Below are positions 1 through 12,398 of a stretch of DNA of 64,000 nucleotides, one piece after another. Every line of letters begins with the position of its first letter. Within the stretch, counting starts at the first letter, position 1. A program made the position numbers and the translations under genes. The stretch is from Ylistrum balloti (Eukaryota): positions 248,001 to 312,000 of the forward strand of contig NW_026782411.1 in assembly GCF_031769215.1 (NCBI RefSeq), given 5' to 3'. The notes under the pieces were generated by a model. That model searched no databases and had not been told where the DNA came from. It worked only from the letters and a program-made list of their open reading frames with translations.

Positions 1-660
1 TGGAGCCTCTCCAGTTCCACCATTCGATCCATGATGTCTTCTGTAATGCCATCATTTGGTCGGTCTTTGGTTTGATCACGCCAGCTCCATTTCAGTCTAG
101 CAATCTGTCTAAAATCAAGTTCTCTGAACGATTCTGGTAACACCTCCTCAAATTCGTATGGCGGAATATCTGTTTCATCAACATCAAAGTCAAATTTTCG
201 CCATCCTTTCGCGGAGTCTGGTATCACGAAGGAATCCAGTTTTTCTGGTCTGAGATTAAGATCAGGGACGTCTCTATTTCTGTCCACACTGGGTTCGTAA
301 TCACTGTCTTCATCAGAACTACTACTACTACTACTGATATCCTCCTCGGCTGAGTGCGTACTATCTATCCCACTTGTGCTGACGTCATCGTCCTTTGGAG
401 GCGTTGTTGATTTCTTGTTTTTATCTTCCACTGATTCCTCTCCGAAGTGACCACGGTCCCCGTATCTAGGGGCAGTTTTGTAAGAATTACCACTGATGAG
501 GTTAGCCAACACGTTCGGAGTGAGGGTGTCGAAGTTCCCAGGACGAACATCAGTTGGCGTGTCTGAGCGTCGGAACCCACTCGGAGGCCGGCTGGAACCG
601 TTGGGGACGGATCTTGGGCGGCATAGCCGTGAAGGAGACGGGCCTCTCGACACTATAGGC
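1..660 (-). CDS. FAM217: FAM217-family-like protein, large exon (continues beyond the window start)
   Basis: Open frame from acceptor tacattattttctatcgtatttttcag| (AG at 662-661) to the window edge: (R)PIVSRGPSPSRLCRPRS...SSSSSSSDEDSDYEPSVDRNRDVPDLNLRPEKLDSF...PPYEFEEVLPESFRELDFRQIARLKWSWRDQTKDRPNDGITEDIMDRMVELERL. The phase 2 start matches exon 4830-4607. The motifs resemble vertebrate FAM217A/B as recalled (PDLNLRAEEID / YYYPNFLPSPFSSWDLRDMA / YIDRLIQLEWLQ). Coding status is strong; the family call is moderate. Confidence 0.85.
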
Positions 661-811
661 CTGAAAAATACGATAGAAAATAATGTAAGGTGATTCGAAT
701 ACAAATGAATACAAAACATATAGAGAGGTTCTAGATATCTATTAGATTCCTTACGAACAGTAATTTGTATCAGTACCAATAACATGTCAGATATATACAC
801 TATATGTTTGA

Positions 812-2092
812 CCTTACTACATTATACACTTGACACTACTACACTATATATCTGACACTACTACACTACATATCTGACACTACTACACTATATATCTGAC
901 ACTACTACACTATATATCTGACACTACTACACTACATATCTGACACTACTACACTATATATTTAACACTACTACACTATATACTTGACACTACTACACTA
1001 TATATCTGACACTACTACACTACACTATATATCTGACACTACTACGCTACACTATATATTTGACACTACTACGCTATATATCTGACACTACTACACTATA
1101 TATCTGACACTACTACACTATATCTGACACTACTACACCATATATCTGACACTACTACACTATATATCTGACACTACTACACTATATACTTGACACTACT
1201 ACACTATATATTTGACACTACTACACTATATATCTGACACTACTACGCTACACTACATATCTGACACTACTGCACTATATATCTGACACTACTACGCTAC
1301 ACTATATATCTGACACTACTGCACTATATACCTGACACTACTACACTATATATCTGACACTACTACGCTACACTTTATATCTGACACTACTACGCTACAC
1401 TATATATTTGACACTACTACACTATATATCTGACACTACTACGCTACACTATATATCTGACACTACTGCACTATATACCTGACACTACTACACCATATAT
1501 CTGACACTACTACGCTACACTATATATCTGACACTACTACGCTACATATCTGACACTACTACACTACATATTTGACACTACTACACTATATATCTGACAC
1601 TACTACGCTACACTATATATCTGACACTACTACACTATATATTTGACACTACTACACTATATATCTGACACTACTACACTATATACTTGACACTACTACA
1701 CTATATATCTGACACTACTACACTATATATTTGACACTACTACACTATATATCTGACACTACTACACTACACTATATACTTGACACTACTACACTATATA
1801 TCTGACAATACTACACTATATATCTGACACTACTACACTACGCTATATATTTGACACTACTACACTATATATCTGACACTACTACGCTATATATCTGACA
1901 ATACTACACTATATATCTGACACTACTACACTATATATTTGACACTACTACACTATATATCTGACACTACTACACTATATACTTGACACTACTACACTAT
2001 ATATCTGCCACTACTACACTATATACTTGACACTACTACGCTATATATCTGACACTACTACACTATATATTTGACACTACTACACTATATAG
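812..2092. repeat. Minisatellite, ~21-22-bp unit TGACACTACTACACTATATATC, roughly 55-60 copies
   Basis: Directly visible array with 5-bp ACACT/ACGCT insertion variants. Confidence 0.97.
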
Positions 2093-2753
2093 TTGACGTT
2101 ACTTCACTATATTTGTGACGCTAATGCCTTTTACTAAAAATCAATTGAAAGTATTAGTGTAGAATGACAATAAGCTGGTATTTATACACAGAATATCTAC
2201 GTTTTATGCCTAACACTATATATATATATTATCCTGTACGAGTTCCTATTTGTATGTTTCCTGTCCCGACTGTACGTCACGTCATTCCTTTATAGTGCGG
2301 GGCTTTTTTATACAAGGACATGTTATATAACACATGAAGCAGTAGAATAATTATAGCAATAAGTGCCGAGCACGAATTGGCGTGACTGATCGACCCACGT
2401 GACGTAATTAACTGTCTACAATAATCAATGTGGGGAACAGTTTTTGTATGTCAGATACTGAGCACAAATGAAGGTATAAATAGATATGTTCACATTTCAA
2501 ACGTGTGGCTTCAGTGTCTGTCAATAGTTATCTGTTATTGTAAACTACAGAAAAAAAATCCATCCAATGTAGTTAGTGTTATACAAACAAAATCAATTTT
2601 ATAAGTACTGTCAGTTGATCGAGGACATATCACAATTCCATAAATAATACGAAAAAGAAGATTGATTTTTTTACCGCGACGAAATCGCCTCAAGGTATGA
2701 TACATGTGTTTTAGTCAGAGCATCATTCGATAGCACAGACAGTGCCCATTGTA

Positions 2754-2938
2754 CAGGACACCTCAGATAACACCTCAGATACTGGTCTGGATACATCACG
2801 TGATACATGACAATTACTACTCAAGTGATGTCACGGCTTGATAAGTAACGCGCAGGACACCTCAGATAACATCCAAAATACTGGTCTGGATATATCACGT
2901 GATACATGACAATTACTGCTCAAGTGACGTCACGGGTT
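2754..2938. repeat. Direct duplication, 99-bp period, ~2 copies
   Basis: caggacacctcagataac...tactggtctggata(c/t)atcacgtgatacatgacaattact(a/g)ctcaagtga(t/c)gtcacgg starts at 2754 and 2853. Confidence 0.9.
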
Positions 2939-3730
2939 GATTATGTAACAATACATTTGTATATTAGTCTTGTTATGTCTATCTCTACACCAATGTATTT
3001 GTAATATATGGTCATATCATTATGATTATTGAATAAGCAATACTAATTGATCATCGATCTGTAATTATTTTTCATGTCATATTCTATTAATACATACTAT
3101 GTAATGGAATATGAATTGATGGGGGGAAAACACGGCCGGTAAGTTTGGATACTAATTAAGCTAGTTTAAACACAAGTAAATAACACAATATGATTGATGA
3201 AAAAGCATCACAATAAATAAGTATTTTTACCTACAAATTCTGGTGAATATTACAGGAGTGTCATGCTTTTTCATTATTATTATCATTATTATTAAAAAAG
3301 AAATATTCCAAGTATAGTATTATGAGGGCCAGAAAGAAAGTCATACACAGCGTTATAACAATGAGATAACCATACATCCCCAACAAGACAATACGTCCCG
3401 ACATTTGCCAGTACCTTGATAACACAATTCATTAAAATTCACGCTCAACCTGTGTGATATAACCAGTCGAGAACATTTCTCACTGATAAAAAATGTTAAT
3501 TTCCACAACCTAATTGCGTTAATACATTACCAACCACCTGCGCGTTATTGAAAGGAAATATTTCCTCTTGATTAGAACCTAGACTACCACAGGTAACACG
3601 ATACTATACACCTGAACACTTCTCACCTGGTGATAAATGCAAGTTCTACTGGGTGTCTTCGTTCAGTTTCCCTGTCATAGGACCAACGGAACACTCATTA
3701 ATTAGCTACCAGATAAATGTATCTACTTAC

Positions 3731-3750
3731 CTGTGATACAGATACACCAT
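3731..3750 (-). CDS. Candidate alternative first coding exon (MVYLYH-R) for a short isoform
   Basis: gcATGg start and a perfect CAG|gtaagt donor. Phase 2 is compatible with the acceptor at 660. Confidence 0.3.
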
Positions 3751-4606
3751 GCAATGTGATGGTATTGACAGACAGTGAAACGTAGTACAAGGGGAAGCAT
3801 CATATAATATTAAAGTATAGCATATTTTTCAGATTATAACATCTGTGCCAATCTTCTGCTTATTTGTGAAGATATAAGATTTCTCTATTGTGTTTTTCCA
3901 TATTTAGATATCAACAATTTTGTTTCCCCATTCTACAGTGTTCACATGTCGCAATGGATTCGATATACAAGATCTTGTTAACTATATCACGATTTTCGTA
4001 CAAGATTTCAACAGCTAACAAATAAACATATGGTCGACATAATGATCTCCTTAGGAAATATATTATCTTTTGTGCGATATGAAGTTTGGCATGCTTGATA
4101 CCCGTGAAGCTCGTTAGAATACCTGGTAGTTCCGTTGTTGTTAACATTGTTCTTATTTGGGAATGTGGCATTACTTACTTGGATTGACCAAGAATTAGAA
4201 TTGGGGTGTCGTGAAGCTGAAAACGTGCACCTGTTGGAACATGTGGTATTATTCACTTCATCCTTTTTTAAAGGGTCTTGTAAATCTTTCATTTGTATGT
4301 GTCTTGCTCTAGTCTCATCGATTTAATGTTTGAATGAAGATTCTGTTGACGTGCCAATAATAACTTTGTTCTTTTGTCGCAAATCTTATCAATGTAAGAA
4401 CCCCATCATCTAGATTCGAAACATTCTTTCATATTGATAAAAACACACGTATATTTAAAATGATCGAAGTACAATTTCAATCTATATATGTCTCATGAAA
4501 TCTGGTAAAGAGATGAAATATATTTGGAGTCCGGATTAAAAATTACCATCATTGCTTATTTTTCAAAAACTATGTACATATGACGTTATCAGAAAAAAGT
4601 GCTTAC

Positions 4607-4830
4607 CTTTCAGGTGCTTGGCAGGTAACCGGTTTACATCTGAAGAAAGAAGGGTCGGTATCAGAGGATTTGAGAGGGGTCCAGTCTTTGGGCTTGAACG
4701 CTCTTAGGCTGGCGGCCAGCTGGCTGCGGTAGATATTGGTGTTTGTGTCGGCGTACTGTTGTTGTTGCTGCTGCTGTTGGGCTAACTGGTTCTGAATACT
4801 CTGAATCTGCTGTTGCTGGTGGTACAACTT
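4607..4830 (-). CDS. FAM217: FAM217-like gene internal exon (Gln-rich), 224 nt, phase 0 to 2
   Basis: Acceptor tacatttcag| and donor AG|gtaagc. Translates KLYHQQQQIQSIQNQLAQQQQQQQQYADTNTNIYRSQLAASLRAFKPKDWTPLKSSDTDPSFFRCKPVTCQAPE(R), in frame with exon 660-1. Confidence 0.85.
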
Positions 4831-5348
4831 CTGAAATGTATTACAGGCACTGTCATTAACAATCTCTTATATGAGGAAAACGATCCATTGATGGTGCAGC
4901 CACATGCAATATGCAACACATACCAGTAATTACGCTAGAGGATGGTAGATCGCGTAGAAAATATATATGTCACAAGTAATGTGTCACATAGACCAATCGT
5001 GTAGAAATTGAATGTGGTCACCCTTACAAACACGATTTACAAAACCCCACAGAAACATATTGTTTTAGCTCGTACTTGAAAGTCATCATTTGTGATTGAT
5101 AGTATGGTCCACAAAGCGAAATGACTCAATGCAAATGTTATCAGGTGTAATTAGCTTAAATCCATTGTTGTGCTGACGTGTTCGCTCATCCAGTTTGTTA
5201 ACCCATTGTAAATATCCAATTAATTATCTGATACCAGTCAACATTCACAAAACAAACAGTAGCCAGCCTTCCAACCTCACATGGCTTAAAGTATAAAGCA
5301 TAGGCAAATCGCTAAAGCATCCACTCAGTTCTGATATACTCTCATTCT

Positions 5349-5398
5349 GTTTCCATAGAAATGAAGCGCAACGCACGTAACCCGTTGCTAGGCGAGAC
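5349..5398. promoter_or_regulatory. Paired RFX X-box-like motifs
   Basis: GTTTCCATAGAAAT (5349-5362) and GTTGCTAGGCGAGAC (5384-5398). Confidence 0.4.
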
Positions 5399-6309
5399 AT
5401 GCGGACATAGCAAAGCCATTACAAAATGATTAATTGCAAAGGAGCAAATCCTGTACAAGCTACATATCGATATATATTATGGATCATTTGATCTTGTTAG
5501 AACGCATCAATTATCGTATTTTAAATTACAGGAAGTAGCGTAGGAAGCGACGTGAAATCCCTTTGTTGGGGCGTAGGACAGTAAATGTGTTGTGGGTACT
5601 GGCTGAAAGGGCAGGATTCGTTCCAGACAATAAGTTAGAACAAATTGAGTACATTATGATCTTCCCCTGGGAAATCGTTGATGATAATTAATGAAATATT
5701 TATTGACTTTTGATCATAGTACATGTATTGATTCCCGTATAACCAGTTGTTTGATTATTTAAAATTTACCTACATCCGTTCTGCTTGTGCAGGTCCCAGC
5801 TATAATCAGGTCATGTCCCTAACGGCCAACTTTCCCTATTTATGTCATATATTCTAGAAGTTCAAAATGTCAAATTAATTAATTATATATCTATCTACAA
5901 GCTAAACTGTCGGATACATGACTACATGTAAAACACAACATATAGCCCCTATATAAACAGACCTGTTTTAGCTATCCTATATTTATAATAATTTATATCC
6001 CTAATTTACTTACGTCTGGGACATTCGGGAAGCTGAATGTACCTATTGAATGTAATGACGTGACCGTTTAGATCAGAATTGTGTTATGATGCAGAAGATA
6101 ACGATATCTTGATTTGTCTAGGGGAAGTCGGTTTAACCTTGAATCTTTAGATATAGTTAGCAAGGCTGATTTTTGACGGTCATTTTAGAACATTTAAGAT
6201 GGACAGGTATTTTAATCGTCTGGGCCCTTCTTGACTAAACAGCTTTATCTGTTATCTTGTTGACCAAATGTTTAAAGTCTAAGGGTTTCGTCTAGATATA
6301 TCTCTATCA

Positions 6310-6382
6310 TTTACGAGCAATTCACTTCAATTGGTGACGCTCCGAGAACGTGATCAGTGGAGTTAAGCCACCTTTAAAACAG
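6310..6382 (+). other. Candidate non-coding 5' exon of the FABP gene
   Basis: Perfect donor ACAG|gtaagt at 6383 and a plausible acceptor gtgtttttatctaag| at 7014, 61 nt upstream of the ATG. The 5' boundary is approximate. Confidence 0.4.
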
Positions 6383-7075
6383 GTAAGTTTCTCAGTCGTA
6401 TTTCTGACTGTTGTCAATGCGATAATTTAAGTATGTAATCAGAGAGTTGGAGAAAAACTTAATTTATAGTAAATTTGAATGGATTTGATATCAACAACCC
6501 ACGTTAATTATGCAGACTAGGTTTCAAACGAAATTGGTTAATGTATTGCCTATCAAATTAAATTGTCAAGTCAATTGAACATAAATAAATCATTCGAACA
6601 TGGTCTGATCATAGGTTCATAGGACGTTAATATATGGTTACGTACCGATACCACTTATCCACTTGTAGCTATTGGACACAGAACAAGAAAACCATACCAT
6701 TATGCACATTAAGATATTTGATATAACCTGTATACCGTAAAGTTCCAAATATAGGTGTGTCGAATTAATCGTCTGGGTCCCTCTTGACTGTTATCATGTT
6801 GACCAAATGTTTTAAAGTCTAAGGGTTTTCTTCTAAGTATCTCCATATCCTTAATAAACCACTAACTTCCATTTGAAACTCGATAAGTGGCATAACGTGG
6901 GTCAAAACCCACGTATTATGCAATTTATTATTTTTTTAGTAACAAATTTAAAAACAAAAGCAGCATTGTTAAATAAACTAAGTGTATATATCCTTAAGTG
7001 TGTTTTTATCTAAGGTCAGACCCGAACGGAAGGTTTACTGACATTCATCCACGTGGCAGCAGATTCTAAGTGACC

Positions 7076-7148
7076 ATGGCGGCGGTTTTAGGATATTGGA
7101 AACTGGACAAGAACGACGATAAATGGGACGAGTACATGAAAACCGTCG
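7076..7148 (+). CDS. FABP: Fatty acid-binding protein (iLBP/FABP family), coding exon 1
   Basis: accATGg start, MAAVLGYWKLDKNDDKWDEYMKTV(G), 73 nt, phase 1 donor |gttggt. Size and phase match the canonical FABP exon 1. Confidence 0.93.
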
Positions 7149-9187
7149 GTTGGTATTGTATCGAAAGATTGTAGAATAAAGTAATACGCGATATCCAAGA
7201 CTGCTCTTAAGGACAAGGTCAAAGGTTAAATTGTAAATCAACCATTACATGACTCCTTTTCTACAGATAACCAAACACACTATATGCCAGTATTGATAAC
7301 TAAGGTACTTGTCGTAGTGAATATAGAGTAAACTCTCGTGTAAAAAACGCGTGGCCTCCTGACGTTTTTTGGTTCATGTTCTTGTGAATGTTGCTATTGT
7401 AGTGTCCATGTTTTACATTCTAATACTGCGCAGATTTTACAATACCAGTCCCCAATCTTCTAGAGTTACGATCACTTTCGCCCTCTGCACCCCTGGAACA
7501 TTTCCTTTCAATGACCAAATGGCCATTGTTTTTCTTATTACCGGAACCGGAAACCACCATTTACATAATGTTAATCATTTCTGTTAGTTTGCTTGAATTA
7601 AATTTCATTCTGTTAAATTAATCCTATTTCAGTAAAAGTTGATGCAGAAGTCCATCTAATGTGTTGAACTCGTTTCTTACTTCTTTCCGACTGACTTTAA
7701 CCTCTTGATAAAACACATATAACTGCTATACCATCTGTTACATTAGGCGTCAGACATTCATCATATTTCATAAAGCCATTATTGTGTACCGTAAACGATT
7801 GTTATATATGATGTAACTACCCATGAAAACAATTTTGCGTCACAGAGCAAAAAGTGTCAACGATCATCAATTTTAAAAAGTCGTTTGATGAGGTCGATAT
7901 ATGTCTTTATCCTTTCTAGCCAATCAGTAAGTGTGAAAAACATTATTTACTACAGAACTCGTGAACCTTTAAACATGTAAGGATCTGTACAGAATGAAAA
8001 ATGACTTCAGAAATTTTAGCTGAACTATTGATGATAACTATAATAACCTATCTATACATGACGTCACTTTATCAGTAAGGCAGATGATAACTAACATCTT
8101 GTGTTACATAACCGTAAAGACCACTCCATCAGATCTGATAACGTCTGCACCGGACAAAAAAGCTTAAACACCTTAATTTTGGTTTGATAAAAAACTGAGG
8201 TCAAGGCTACTCCATATATTAGATAATTATAAACGGAAAAATGAATCAGAATTTATTTTTCATGGATTTAATTAAGATGACATTGTGGTATCGATAACAT
8301 TTTGAGCAAACGCTTTGACACTATTTCACTATAACACCACTGGAAATTCCATCACTAGTTCTATTTCCAGCATGCATCCTTAACGACCTTTGTCTACTTG
8401 TGTAATACCTGTGTAGCCTGTAACATGGACCCTGATTACCATCACGCCTTCGCTATTGTAACACAACAGATCAATAGATCATTGACTGGCAGACATGGAG
8501 TAGAAATATGATCATTTATATATAATTACCGGAAATATCACTTGTCACTTGATTATCTCTGATGTCCAACGTCTATTAAATTCAGAGTAAAGATATTCTT
8601 AGCTCTGTTTTATTTTAAAAGCCCATAAAATCAGTACTTACCTATGTGCCTACATAAACACGTGATGGCTAGTGTGCTATAAATACACTTTCAAATTCAA
8701 GGACACTGCTCTAGGGCTCATTCAAGGGATAACACGTTTTTATATCAGGACAATCAGAAGCGTAAAGAAGCCTTATGTTGTAGCAGGCTCATTACATAAC
8801 TTCGTAGGTTGGTGGTATACATGGTCCAACACATGTTTTAAAATCATATATACAATAGGTTAGGTAAATATTGATAAAATAAAATTATGACGTTTATTGT
8901 CAATCTCACCATGAATGCCTATGGATTGTATAATACGAAGTGTTATTACTGGTTTCATAAACAGTCTCCTACTCATAAGTTTCGACCGTAAAGTCACTTT
9001 TCCTATCACGAAAATTATTGCACGGGGATGAACGTGACAATACCAAAGGTTAGTTTAAGTATCGTCTCATGTTCAGTGTATCTGGATGCTGTCAAAGGTA
9101 TACTGACAATACTTTGTGGTATTTGATATGCCTACTTTCATATTTTTTTCTCGTGATCTAATAGGTGATTATTTTTTACATTTGTAG

Positions 9188-9360
9188 GGGTCAATTTCGT
9201 ACTCCGTAAAGTAGGAAATTCTATCACGAGTTATGAAGACATTGTACAAAATGGCGAAAACTGGGAGATGCATTTGTTGTCAACATTTAAAAACCATCAT
9301 CTGCAATTTAAGATTGGAGAGGAGTTTGACGAGGTCACTCCAGATGGAAGAAATTGTAAG
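9188..9360 (+). CDS. FABP: FABP coding exon 2
   Basis: Acceptor tttgtag|, 173 nt (the canonical FABP exon 2 length), VNFVLRKVGNSITSYEDIVQNGENWEMHLLSTFKNHHLQFKIGEEFDEVTPDGRNCK, donor |gtaata. Contains the hallmark FKIGEEFDE.T.DGR motif. Confidence 0.96.
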
Positions 9361-11382
9361 GTAATAATATTATTCTATATGTCACATCTTGTTTTGAGTC
9401 ACAAAAGCTGAAACTCTCGGGTATTAGTTAATCAGAAATATCTTTTCTATTTTAATATTTTATTCAATAAAAATGATAAAAAGCAGTAATTTTTTTGTTA
9501 ATAATCGCTGTTTCGAGCGTGTGCTTAAGCATACAAGCATACGTTATTGTTACGTCACTGGTGTATGTACATACAAGATGATTATTTTCCTTGTAAATAA
9601 GTATATGATATGATATATATATGCCCTATTAGACATGCATCTCTTTATAAGTAGAGATGTATTTGATAAGTATGATATATGAGGAGGTCCTGGCTGGCAA
9701 GAAAACGAAAAGACATAATAAACGGGTGTGATAGTATGTGACCTTAGTTACAACATTTGTGTACCTGTTTATAACGGTATCACTGAAGGAGTGCTTCACG
9801 TGTTGACACTGTAACTATCCTACCAGATAGCCAGTCAAACATTTACCCGTCAGGTATACATAAACCTTTTTATTCCTTGAATATTTTAAGTTTCGGAATA
9901 CTCTTTACCATTCGATATCTATCCAATTTTTAAATACCAGAAAGGTGCATAATTAGGCCATCAGGGCGCCACAGTTTGGTGAAACAAGGAGTTTAGTTGT
10001 ATTGGTGATAAAGACTACGATATGATAGAAAGTTGATTACATATTCAGTATCCACAACAAAGGTGGCTGTATAGTTCTTAGTATGTTGTGTCAGTTACTT
10101 ATAGAGCCATCACTATCATTTCTTATCCAATCACTCGGAATAGCCGAGCCTTATCATCATTAAGTGTGTCAGTCAGAGAATATGTTGATGATGTCTTTTG
10201 TGAAGATTAAAGATATTTACAAAACGTAGCCAGTACCGATTAAAACTTTTTATGGTGTTTTCATCGATAATTATTAACTTATTTGTTTATTTATGAGAAA
10301 TCAGAAATTATCAGATTTTTAAAAAATTCATTAGTATATTGAGCTTAACAATAGCAGTCAAATGAACCTTCATTAACATAACGAAATTAATTATATATAG
10401 AAAAAAATGGTGTTAATAACAATTTCATCACCTTTTGATATTTATCTCCAAAACTGTTTCGCAATTAAAAAAACCGCTCTGAAAACTGAGGTCATATAAG
10501 TTATAAACACATAGAACAACAGTTGATGATATATTATACTTGAACATAAATAGAGATATTTTGAATCAAATATATACTTTTGCTTACCTTTAGACCTGCT
10601 CTTTCGTGAAAACCGACGTTAAATTAATCTGATATCTATACTTCGTGAGCAGACATGTATTGTTTGTGACACCCTTTACGTACTTGTCAGACACATCGTG
10701 TGTTCTCATATAAAGTATCCTTTACTTCAGCATACCAATGTGATAGCAAGTTTGTGACACTTTAATATGACTCTTGACCCACCAATGAAAAAATCACGTT
10801 TAAAACATTTTTGTAATAAGGTTAATTGCAACCGAAATCGACTCATAATATATATCCAAGATTTTTGCGTTGGGACTATTAAAGCTTTACGAGTCTATCA
10901 TTAAATACTTATAGAGGACACTGTAAGTTTAACAATACCAGAAAACAGTGTGATTTAAGGCTCTCACGATACCTTTTACAACCTTAAGATATATGGAAAC
11001 TTTTATCACATCAACTAGACTCAATACGTACTAATGGGTTCGAACAAAGGCGGAAAGTTCATGTTTATATAGAAATGATTGAACTGTTTATGATCCTTTA
11101 ATATTTGTCTGCACTACCATGTAAAGGGACATTTCGCCAGATATTGTTTCGGACCTTACTGATCGTATCCTTAGATTTGACTGGTTCCCTACTATCCTAC
11201 GGTTTTGTAGTTTAAATATCGACGGTGCTCATAAATACGATATACACTTTATCAAAATAATGGAAAACAGTAGTTTGAATAAGTACACGAATATACCATT
11301 TAACCTGTATGTTATTATTGAGAAACTGGTAATTACTTCAGTAACTTTGAAAAATGTATGATATCATTTTGTTTTGTTTCAG

Positions 11383-11496
11383 TCAACATTTGTAATAGAA
11401 GGGGAGTCTCTTGTACATTACCAGAAAGGAACAAAGGCTGGAGATGTGAACTCTAAAATCACAAGGACTAGATTGGACGACGATACAATGACAATA
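11383..11496 (+). CDS. FABP: FABP coding exon 3
   Basis: Acceptor gttttgtttcag|, STFVIEGESLVHYQKGTKAGDVNSKITRTRLDDDTMTI, donor |gtatgt, phase 0 to 0. Confidence 0.93.
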
Positions 11497-12061
11497 GTAT
11501 GTTTATCTAACATACTAGAATGTATACCATTAACGAGACATAAGTATTGTACAATATAACAGGGCTAAACGGTTTACGATTTAAAACTAAATGTTAAACC
11601 GGAACTTCACATTTTTTATCAAATGAACCTATTATTCAAGACAACTGGGGTAATTTCAGTGTAAATGAAACATAAATCTAATCGTAACGAATTTATGAAG
11701 TGATAATGATTTTGAAAATATAGTTATGAGTTACACCGACAAAAAAATTGAATCGATTATATGTTTAGTTAAATATTATATAGAATAAGTCCTAAATATA
11801 TATGGATATGAAATACTATGTCGCACTTTTAATCATAGTAGCTAACACACAAAGACTTGCTATTCTATTGAAATAGTATGGGATTTATTCAGTATGCTGT
11901 GTCATACATTCTTGGCAAGCTGATCAAAATTCCACATGGATGAGTACCACTCCAAGACCGAGGGTAAACATGGCTGATTAACCTCGCCAATTAAGTCTTT
12001 ACTACCATTACGATAAAACATGATAGCTGTATAAAACAATAACGGTACACACTTATTAACG

Positions 12062-12351
12062 TTACACTATCACACATACATTCAGGTATAAACGCTATCA
12101 TGATTTACACTTAATGACTTTACACTATCACATTTACATTCAGATATAAACACTGTACTGATTTACACTTAATGACTTTACACTATCACACATACATTCA
12201 GGTATAAACACTATAATGATTTACACTTAATGACTTTACACTATCACATTTTCATTCAGGTATAAACACTGTACTGATTTACACTTAATGACTTTACACT
12301 ATCACATATACATTCAGGTATAAACACTATCATGATTTACACTTAATGACT
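12062..12351. repeat. Tandem repeat, 58-bp unit x5, in FABP intron 3
   Basis: Unit ttacactatcaca(c/t)(a/t)tacattcaggtataaacact...tgatttacacttaatgact. Confidence 0.95.
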
Positions 12352-12398
12352 CTAAAATGTTGAGTTATCAATCAATAATGTCTTTTCTTGTTTTACAG

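Noticed and set aside
365-693. ORF-track ORFs 365-580 (-) and 496-693 (+)
   Set aside because: They are alternative-frame or antisense shadows of the real minus-strand exon 660-1.
10588-10630. Minus-strand AAG|gtaagc donor inside FABP intron 2
   Set aside because: Weak acceptor, an in-frame stop in phase 0 and no ATG, so no coding role can be supported.
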